Below, one piece after another: positions 25,413-32,000 of a stretch of 32,000 nucleotides of DNA. Made by a program: the position numbers and the translations under genes. Position 1 is the first letter of the stretch. Every line of letters starts with the position of its first letter. This DNA comes from Aeropyrum pernix K1 (GTDB lineage: Archaea > Thermoproteota > Thermoprotei_A > Sulfolobales > Acidilobaceae), in contig NC_000854.2 of assembly GCF_000011125.1 (NCBI RefSeq), positions 1,590,001 through 1,622,000 of the forward strand, given 5' to 3'. Under the pieces are notes generated by a model. It did no database searches. It worked only from the letters and a program-made list of their open reading frames with translations, and was not told the DNA's origin.

Positions 25413-25871
25413 ATGTTGGAAAAGGTTGAGGAGTGGATTAAAGCTAGAGGATTGACTTGGAGACTATTGATTATGCAGAAGCCTACTAGAACGGTCGCTG
25501 AAGCTGCTGCCCTCCTCGGCGTGAGCGAATCTGAAATTGTGAAGACTCTCATAGTTCTGGACAATGCGGGGGGAGTGTATGCTGTGGTCATTCCGGGTGA
25601 TAAGCGGTTAAACATCAATAGTATGAAGGAGCTGGCTGGTAAGCCTGTTAGGCTGGCTAGAGCTAATGAGGTTGTGGAGCTAACAGGATACCCTGTAGGT
25701 GGTGTCCCCCCCGTAGCTCTCCCGCCGAATATTGTTCTAGTGGTTGACAGGATTCTTCTTAGCAGGAAGAAAGTGTATGGGGGAGGAGGCAGGGAGAATG
25801 CGTTACTAGAGTTTAGCCCTCGAGAGCTTGTCGAAGCTACGGGTGCTGTTGTAGCAGATGTTTCGGAGTAA
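25413..25871 (+). CDS. YbaK/ProX-type aminoacyl-tRNA trans-editing deacylase domain protein
   Basis: 152 aa. 'TVAEAAALLGVSESEIVKTLIV' and 'LTGYPVGGVPPVA' match the YbaK/ProRS-associated editing domain. ATG start. 'aactatacat' lies about 20-28 nt upstream. Confidence 0.8.
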   Translation: MLEKVEEWIKARGLTWRLLIMQKPTRTVAEAAALLGVSESEIVKTLIVLDNAGGVYAVVIPGDKRLNINSMKELAGKPVRLARANEVVELTGYPVGGVPPVALPPNIVLVVDRILLSRKKVYGGGGRENALLEFSPRELVEATGAVVADVSE

Positions 25872-25900
25872 ATAGATAATGCCTGCTAGGGGGCCATCGA

Positions 25901-26233
25901 GTGTTGTCGTGGGTTGACGTGTACAGGAGTCTTTGGAGGCTCGCATCTAAGAGCAGAGGCAGGCTTGGAGACGCTTTCCTCGACGAGGTCGAATCCTATC
26001 TAGCTGAGGCTCTCGAAGTGCTTGCTGATTGGAGGCCCGCGAGATCGGAATGTAGATGGATTCCTAGTCTAGCGCGTGAGCTTAGGATCTTGTCAAGGAT
26101 TCTTTCCTCGGATGTTATGCTAGAGGCGAGGGAGTATGGGCTGGAGTCTAGCAGAGTGGAGAGAATATTAATGTTTTTAAGCAGGTTGGAGGCAGAGGCG
26201 GATAGACTGGCCTCAACATGTGAAAACAGTTAG
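25901..26233 (+). CDS. Hypothetical all-helical protein, no recognisable family
   Basis: 110 aa. GTG start 29 nt after the ybaK-like stop. Arg/Glu/Leu-rich with no His and no TM segment. Coding status rests on ORF length and codon habit only. Confidence 0.45.
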   Translation: MLSWVDVYRSLWRLASKSRGRLGDAFLDEVESYLAEALEVLADWRPARSECRWIPSLARELRILSRILSSDVMLEAREYGLESSRVERILMFLSRLEAEADRLASTCENS

Positions 26234-26238
26234 TCTAG

Positions 26239-28041
26239 TTATAGTATAACGAGGATTACGATACCTGCTATAACTAGGGCTGTCCTGGCTGCTATGTAGA
26301 TCTTGCTACTCAACCCTGCTACAACGGCTATAGTAGCTGCGAGGACCTTAGCCGCTGGGAGGAGCTGGGAGATCCCAGGCTCGGCTACCAGACCTGGCTC
26401 CAGAAGTACTCCAGCCATTACGGTGAATAGTGGCATGGCGAACTTAATCGACTCGATCATAGTTTCCACGAAACCTGCCCCAGCTATCCTGCTTGTGACG
26501 GCTGCAGTGACGCTCGTGGGAGGGCTGAGCTCGCTCATGACCCCGAGGAGGAATGCATAAAAGTGTACTGCCCACGGGTTGAACCCAGCCTGCAGCATGT
26601 ACGGGCCTATTACAACCACTGTTAGAATATATGTCACGACGGGAGGAAGCCCCAGACCTACTAGGTATCCGAAGACGAAGGCGAGCATGACGAGGAGGAT
26701 CTTGTTGCCAGCCCCCACTTCTAGTAGGAGGAAGCCCACCCTAGTTGGTATACCAGTTATGGTCATCAGTCCCGTCATGACGCCGAGCGCTGCCAGGAGT
26801 ATGGTTATGTCGGCCACGAACCCGGAGAATATTTTGAGCGTTTCCGCTAGCCTGGCTAGAATCCTTCCGGCCACCTCGTGTAGACTCTTTCCTCTCGAGG
26901 CTTCTGCAGCTGCTAGTAGGGCCAGGAGAAGTATGGAAGACTGGAGGGCTGCGTAGGCAGGGTACTCCCTCCTGGCACCCATTAGTATTATCAGCAGTAG
27001 TATTGAGGCCATTAGGCTAGTCGCCTTGTAGACCTCCAGCCTTCCATAACCGATATTCAAGGCGGCTGTGCCGGATAGGAAGGCTTTGGAGGCCAGGTAG
27101 ACGGCGGCGGCAAGGCCTATATAATATATCAGCGCGGGGGCCCAGCCCCTTGCTACTACATCGAAGTAGGAGACTCCAAGGTAGTCAGCCATCACGAAGG
27201 CGCTTATACCCATGATAGGGGGCATCAGCTGGCCGCCTATACTCGAGGCAGTCTCTATCGCAGCAGCCTTTACAGGCGGCATACCAGCCTTCTTCATCAG
27301 CGGAATCGTTATGCTTCCCGTGGATGCCGCGTTGGCAGCACCACTACCGCTGACCATTGCTATTACCATGCTACCCACTACCGCAGCCTGGGGTAGAAGC
27401 CTTGGCCTGGAGCCTAGCGCGCCGATGACGAGGCGTATAACACTGTCGACAGCGCCGAAGGCCTGGGCTATGCTTATGAAGAGCATGAACGCCCCTATCA
27501 ATGTTAGGGCAAGCTGGGGCAGTTTCTCGAATACTCCTGTCTCGAATTCGACGCTCATAGCTGTTATGATCCTCTCCAGCCTTATCCCTGGATGATCGAA
27601 TGGGTACGGCGCCCAGCTACCGTTTAAAGTGTAAATGAAGAGGAGCACGTTGAGTATGAAGATGGCTCTATATTTGAGGAGCGCGGCGAACATCACTAGG
27701 GCGAAGGCCGTCCCGCCCACTATAATATCAAGGGTATTGTAGGATCCCATGCGAACAGTATTCAGTTCCCTGAACTCGGAGACTATATAGCCTGATACGG
27801 TGAGGGCTGCTATCAGGCTCAGCACAACTAGCACGGCGTTGGCTGCTCGGGGGAGCTTTGATATTGGCCCGCCCCTAATGTAGAGCGCTAGGAGGGCTAG
27901 GAACACTGTGTAGGGGACCATGACAGTAGCTAGGAGTATTGGGCCTCCTAGCCCGGTGTAGTAATAGTAGAGGAGGGCTACTGTGAAAAAAAGGGAGGCT
28001 ATGATGTAAATGTTCTCGGCGCTAGGCTTCGGCCTCTTCAA
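26239..28041 (-). CDS. TRAP transporter fused permease (4TM/12TM DctQ-DctM fusion, TAXI-associated type)
   Basis: 600 aa, highly hydrophobic with more than 15 TM segments. It follows the TAXI binding-protein gene after a 31-nt gap. TTG start. Confidence 0.8.
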   Translation of the reverse strand: MKRPKPSAENIYIIASLFFTVALLYYYYTGLGGPILLATVMVPYTVFLALLALYIRGGPISKLPRAANAVLVVLSLIAALTVSGYIVSEFRELNTVRMGSYNTLDIIVGGTAFALVMFAALLKYRAIFILNVLLFIYTLNGSWAPYPFDHPGIRLERIITAMSVEFETGVFEKLPQLALTLIGAFMLFISIAQAFGAVDSVIRLVIGALGSRPRLLPQAAVVGSMVIAMVSGSGAANAASTGSITIPLMKKAGMPPVKAAAIETASSIGGQLMPPIMGISAFVMADYLGVSYFDVVARGWAPALIYYIGLAAAVYLASKAFLSGTAALNIGYGRLEVYKATSLMASILLLIILMGARREYPAYAALQSSILLLALLAAAEASRGKSLHEVAGRILARLAETLKIFSGFVADITILLAALGVMTGLMTITGIPTRVGFLLLEVGAGNKILLVMLAFVFGYLVGLGLPPVVTYILTVVVIGPYMLQAGFNPWAVHFYAFLLGVMSELSPPTSVTAAVTSRIAGAGFVETMIESIKFAMPLFTVMAGVLLEPGLVAEPGISQLLPAAKVLAATIAVVAGLSSKIYIAARTALVIAGIVILVIL

Positions 28042-28072
28042 AGCTGGCTATACACCCTGCTCGACGGCCAGG

Positions 28073-29182
28073 TTAGGAGCCCGCTATCTTCCACTCCTCC
28101 TTCCATGCCCCCATTTCCTTGAGGAACTTCGCCAGGCCTGGGTGGACAGGGACTAGGTCCGCGAGCGACTCTATCGCCTGTACCTGGAATCCCACGAAGT
28201 CCTCCTTAAGCTGGCTGAAAGCGGGGTCTAGGCTTGCCAGCTCGTCTATGTTATCGTAGGTGGTCTTTATAATCTTGTATACTATGTCTTCACTAAGGTT
28301 TAGCCCGGTATGGAACCCATAGAAAATCCTGACACCGACGAACTCGTCAACGCCAACAGGCTCTGGGAACGTGTTTGCCGAGACTCTTGCCACGGGTATG
28401 CCTGCCTGCTCTAGCTTGTCAATCTCCTCTGGACACGGGTTGACAACCACAAGGTCGATCTGGGCTAGCATGTTCTGTATCCACGGCGCCACGCTCCTCT
28501 CTCCAGTGACGTAGACCCCTGTGGCCACTATGTCTCCCCTGCTGAGGCTGGTGGCTACGGCCTCGAGATCCAGCTCCTTGTGGTTGTAGTTAATTCCGAG
28601 GGCGTCGAGAGCGTTCCTAAGTGCTGTACCTGTATCCCAGCCCAGGGGGAGCGTGAAGATAGTCTTCCCGTCAAAGTCGCTCCAGCACTTGAACTCGTCG
28701 GCCCTATCCTTGGGTACCGCGAGGCCAATGTCAATAGTGAACACCCATAGGGTTTGGACGGGCAGTCTGTCAGCCGTGAATCCCTCAAACCTTCCAGTGC
28801 TTGTGTACATCTCTTTAAAAGCTATATCAGCACCATAAGCCCCGTCTAGATCGCCTTTGGCAAATCCTTTCATACTTGCTATTGCACCGGACTGAGGCTC
28901 AACCACTATCTCAATCTCAGGAATCTCCCTGTTTAGCACTTGGGCTAAAGTTGTGAGGGCCTTGTAACCGCTGGAGCCTACCCTGGAGGTGCCCCATCTT
29001 ATAACTAGCTTCTCGGCCTCGGGGGATGTTGTAGTCTCACCGACTCCTGTCTGCGTCTCTGTAGGCGTCGCTGCAGGAGCTTGCTCCTCACCTCCCCCCA
29101 GGAGCATATATCCTGCAACGAGGATAATCAGCACGACTACTACGGCTCCTACAGCTATTAATAGGTTCCTATTCTCGGCCAA
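28073..29182 (-). CDS. TAXI-family TRAP transporter solute-binding protein, membrane anchored
   Basis: 369 aa. TM anchor 'LLIAVGAVVVVLIILVAGYMLL', Thr/Pro/Glu linker 'APAATPTETQTGVGETTTSPEAEK', then 'IRWGTSRVGSSGYKALTTLAQVLN...GAIASMKGFAKGDLDGAYGADIA', a TAXI-like core. TTG start. Confidence 0.8.
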   Translation of the reverse strand: MAENRNLLIAVGAVVVVLIILVAGYMLLGGGEEQAPAATPTETQTGVGETTTSPEAEKLVIRWGTSRVGSSGYKALTTLAQVLNREIPEIEIVVEPQSGAIASMKGFAKGDLDGAYGADIAFKEMYTSTGRFEGFTADRLPVQTLWVFTIDIGLAVPKDRADEFKCWSDFDGKTIFTLPLGWDTGTALRNALDALGINYNHKELDLEAVATSLSRGDIVATGVYVTGERSVAPWIQNMLAQIDLVVVNPCPEEIDKLEQAGIPVARVSANTFPEPVGVDEFVGVRIFYGFHTGLNLSEDIVYKIIKTTYDNIDELASLDPAFSQLKEDFVGFQVQAIESLADLVPVHPGLAKFLKEMGAWKEEWKIAGS

Positions 29183-29240
29183 AGTACCACCCGACCGTTT
29201 TCCAGCTACTCCTACAATAGAGAATGTAGTATAGAAATGT

Positions 29241-29250
29241 TTTATAAATA
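29241..29250 (-). promoter_or_regulatory. TATA-like box 'tttataaata' upstream of the TAXI-TRAP operon
   Basis: 59-68 nt upstream of the TTG at 29182, in an A/T-rich 177-nt intergenic region. Confidence 0.35.
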
Positions 29251-29359
29251 GACGAACATATAGTTCGCCAGTTAAAGAGAACGCAAAACTATGAAGCCCT
29301 TATCCTAGAAGAGAACATCTAGCCCCTCTCAAAATCGAGGAGCAATGGTCTCCTAAAGT

Positions 29360-30145
29360 CTAGGGGATCTGGAGGAGTTCTGCCAATATTTTTTCCCGTA
29401 GCTGAGGGTTTTTCATGAAGGCTGTCCCTACGAGAATGGCTTGTGCCCCTGCTTTGAAAGCCTTAAGTGCTTTATCGGGAGAGTCTATCCCGCTTTCAGC
29501 TACTAGTATCACTTCTCCCGGCAGCTGTTCTCTGGCCTTGGAGACCTCTCTCAACATAGCTTCATAGTCCACCCTGAGTGTTTTCAGATCTCTGCTGTTC
29601 ACCCCTATAATCGATCCAGGGGCAAGCCTAGAAGCCTCGACAGCGTGGCTGGCGTCGGGCGTTTCAACTAGCACTTCGACACCGTATCTGGAGGCAGCGG
29701 CTGCGAGTTCCTGAAGTTCTCTCGGGGTTAGTGCCTCCATTATTAGGAGCGCCGCCGATGCTCCCATACAGGCTGCAATCCTGATCTGGGTTTCACTCAC
29801 TATGAAGTCCTTGGCAAGGACCGGTTTGTACCTGGCGAAGTAGGGTATTAACTCTATGCTTCCGCAGAACCAGTTCGGCTCTGTTAGAACGCTATATGCG
29901 GCCGAGGCATCTCTAGTGGCTTGTACATAGCTCACTGGATCAAGGGTGGATATTGCACCAGCGGAAGGGCTACACCTCTTGTACTCGGCTATTACCGCTC
30001 CGCCTACACGGTACACCCACTCCCTTATCGAGCTGGAGAGGCTAGGCCTACCAGGCTTGGGGCTACAGTTCCCCGCGATTTCCTCTAACAGGGAGGTCCT
30101 GTCCTTCGCACTGGCTATTGCCTTCTGCAGGAAGCTATCTCTCAC
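29360..30145 (-). CDS. trpC: Indole-3-glycerol-phosphate synthase
   Basis: 261 aa. 'VIAEYKRCSPSAG', 'VLTEPNWFCGS', 'KDFIVSETQIRIAACMGASAALLI', 'IIGVNSRDLKTLRVD' and 'VAESGI' are the canonical TrpC blocks. GTGA overlap with trpF. Confidence 0.9.
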   Translation of the reverse strand: MRDSFLQKAIASAKDRTSLLEEIAGNCSPKPGRPSLSSSIREWVYRVGGAVIAEYKRCSPSAGAISTLDPVSYVQATRDASAAYSVLTEPNWFCGSIELIPYFARYKPVLAKDFIVSETQIRIAACMGASAALLIMEALTPRELQELAAAASRYGVEVLVETPDASHAVEASRLAPGSIIGVNSRDLKTLRVDYEAMLREVSKAREQLPGEVILVAESGIDSPDKALKAFKAGAQAILVGTAFMKNPQLREKILAELLQIP

Positions 30146-30789
30146 GAACTACACCTCTTAGCGCCCATGATAAGCTCTGCGGATAAGAGTGGGTCTTTAA
30201 CGCCGGGCACTCCTGTCTCAACGCCTCTACTCACATCTATCAGTGAAACCCCTGTTTCCACAGCCTTGCATGCGTCTCTTGGAGTTAATCCTCCGGCTAG
30301 CCCCACTCGGTGGCTGCATCTGGACGCTTTTGCTGCCTCGTTGAGAGGGATTCTGTCTCTCAAACCCTTAGTAGTGTCGAGTAGGATGTACTCTGGCTCC
30401 ACTCCCTCTTTGTTTAGCTCATTTATGTAGCCACAGGGCTCCTGAGGCTTCCAAGCGGAGCCAGTGTACTCGACCACGACTGCCAGGGTGACTCCTAGAG
30501 GGTCTAATGTAGCCTGGAGGCTGGCAGCCGATGAGGGGAGAAGGGGCTCGTGGTACTGTAGTACGTCGAAGCCGTCTGCGGCTGCGGCTGCATAGCTGGG
30601 CGAAGACCCGTGGACTACTAGGACGGTCTTGCTCTTCTCGATTTGAGAAGCCATGATTCTGGCCGCCTCCAGGGGAACACTCCTCGGGCCTCCCAGGAGG
30701 CTGTGCACGAACCCGATGTAGTCAACCAGCCCGTCGAGCTGCAGTGCAGACTCTAGCTTTTTGACCCCGCATATCTTCACTTTCACCAC
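30142..30789 (-). CDS. trpF: Phosphoribosylanthranilate isomerase
   Basis: 215 aa. 'VKICGV', 'DYIGFVH...PRSV', 'LAGGLTPRDA' and 'IDVSRGVETGVPGVKD' are TrpF blocks. GTG start overlapping the trpB2 stop by 7 nt. Confidence 0.85.
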   Translation of the reverse strand: MVKVKICGVKKLESALQLDGLVDYIGFVHSLLGGPRSVPLEAARIMASQIEKSKTVLVVHGSSPSYAAAAADGFDVLQYHEPLLPSSAASLQATLDPLGVTLAVVVEYTGSAWKPQEPCGYINELNKEGVEPEYILLDTTKGLRDRIPLNEAAKASRCSHRVGLAGGLTPRDACKAVETGVSLIDVSRGVETGVPGVKDPLLSAELIMGAKRCSS

Positions 30790-32000
30790 ATAGAAGCACC
30801 TCTTATCTCTAAAGCCTTCTGAAGGGCGTCCAGATCTAGGAGGCCGTGGCCGCTAAGGTTAAACGCGACTACAGAACCATCAGGCAGTTTTCTAGCGATT
30901 CTGGCAGCCAACGCGACGGCATGGCTGCTCTCAGGGGCTGGGACCACCCCCTCACTCCGCGCCATAAGCAGTATTGACGCGAGAGCCTCCTCTTGGGGTA
31001 TTGCTTCCGCCTCAACCAGGCCGAGACGGCGTAGGATGCTGAGGCTCGGGGACACCCCGTGGTAGCGGAGGCCCGCTGCGTGGCTGGGAGGTGGAGTGTA
31101 GCGGTGTCCTAGAGTGTACATCTTCGCTAGGGGGAGGATGAGGCTGGAGTCTAGGCCGTCGTACCTGTACTCGCCTCTTGTGAGCTTCGGCGCGGCGGTG
31201 CTCTCAGCCGCTATGAACCTTGTCTTCTCAAAGCCTTCGCCCCTGAGCCGGGCCCCTATCATGGGGTATGTGAAGCCTCCAAAGTTGCTGCCCCCTCCCA
31301 CACACGCTACAACAACGTCAGGCTCCTCGGGGAGCTGATCCAGAGCCTCTAAGCCTATGACGGTCTGGTGCATAAGGACTGCCTCCAGCACGCTCCCAGG
31401 TAGGTAGCGTCGGTCCCCTGATTCCAGGGTGTACTCCACAGCCTCTGCTATAGCAAGGCCAAGGCTACCCGGGTGGGTGCTACCATACTCCTCCAAGGCC
31501 TCCCTGCCTGTGTCAGTAAGCTTGCTCGGGCTAGAGATCACTCTAGCGCCCTGGGCCTCCATGAGAAGTCTCCTCTGGATCTTCGACTTGAAGCTGCTGG
31601 CAGTCATGAACACTGTAGCCTTCAAACCCATTAATGCTGCGGCAGTGGAGGCCGCTAACCCCCATTGGCCTGCTCCAGTTTCTGTCACAATCTCTTTAGC
31701 TCCGTCTAGCTTAGCGTAATAGGCCTGGGCTATGGCCGTGTTAATCTTGTGGCTCCCCGTAGGTAGAACGGCCTCACTCTTATAATATATCCGAACCCTA
31801 CCTTTCACCCCGAGGACCTTCTCCAGCCCTTCGGCCCTGATGAGAGGGGTAGGCCTGCCAATCCTGGCTAGTGCCTTCCTCACCTCGCCGGGAATGTCAA
31901 CCCACCTCGCCAGGATGTACTCATCCTCTATCAACCTAGACGGCAGGATCCTCGAGAGGAGAGCGATCCTACTCTCCTCCCGCAACCCCTCGGGATCCCT
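30783..32000 (-). CDS. trpB: Tryptophan synthase beta chain, TrpB2 type (5' end beyond window edge)
   Basis: The frame stays open from 31985 to nt 32000, so the N-terminus is outside the window. 'RPTPLIRAEGLEKVL', PLP-Lys motif 'TGSHKINTAIAQAYYAK' (TrpB2-like rather than TrpB1 'GAHKTNN') and 'CVGGGSNFGG'. Confidence 0.9.
   Translation of the reverse strand, partial: RDPEGLREESRIALLSRILPSRLIEDEYILARWVDIPGEVRKALARIGRPTPLIRAEGLEKVLGVKGRVRIYYKSEAVLPTGSHKINTAIAQAYYAKLDGAKEIVTETGAGQWGLAASTAAALMGLKATVFMTASSFKSKIQRRLLMEAQGARVISSPSKLTDTGREALEEYGSTHPGSLGLAIAEAVEYTLESGDRRYLPGSVLEAVLMHQTVIGLEALDQLPEEPDVVVACVGGGSNFGGFTYPMIGARLRGEGFEKTRFIAAESTAAPKLTRGEYRYDGLDSSLILPLAKMYTLGHRYTPPPSHAAGLRYHGVSPSLSILRRLGLVEAEAIPQEEALASILLMARSEGVVPAPESSHAVALAARIARKLPDGSVVAFNLSGHGLLDLDALQKALEIRGASMW

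Overview
This 32-kb window is gene-dense, with about 30 CDS on both strands and many stop/start overlaps. It reads like a chromosomal segment from a hyperthermophilic crenarchaeon (Desulfurococcales, Aeropyrum/Pyrodictiaceae-like). That taxon call is an inference from AGG/AGA-Arg and ATA-Ile codon habit, dominant GTG/TTG initiation, a TrpB2-type tryptophan synthase, membrane-anchored Thr/Pro-rich solute-binding proteins, and A/T-rich TATA-like boxes with oligo-T tracts. The content is metabolic and transport-related. (i) 1-4530 holds an amidohydrolase fragment, an SDR, a coiled-coil wHTH regulator, and a 2-hydroxyacid dehydrogenase plus ThDP enzyme. (ii) 4557-8675 holds an ABC-2 exporter (ATPase plus 2 permeases), an HxlR regulator and a divergent VOC/glyoxalase-fold protein. 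(iii) 9132-18353 holds a two-Cys Amdase/maleate-isomerase-family gene divergent from a 7-gene, translationally coupled operon: a Liv-type ABC importer (K,H,M,G,F) followed by a HyuA/HyuB ATP-dependent hydantoinase/oxoprolinase-family pair. This is the most system-like, functionally unassigned block in the window. (iv) 18354-19074 is an ORF-poor spacer hiding a TM+wHTH reading frame that is interrupted by an in-frame TAG and is absent from the supplied ORF track. (v) Next come a DUF255 thioredoxin-fold protein, a polytopic membrane protein and an EamA/DMT transporter. (vi) A lower-GC stretch carries an NhaC-family antiporter, a YbaK/ProX-type deacylase and an orphan helical protein. (vii) A TAXI-TRAP transporter follows. 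(viii) The window ends with trpB2-trpF-trpC, and trpB2 runs off the right edge. I found no rRNA, tRNA, CRISPR array, transposase/integrase, or recognisable defence or toxin-antitoxin genes. All functional calls are motif and family recognition by eye, not database searches. Start codons are mostly the track's longest-ORF choices and may be off by a few codons.
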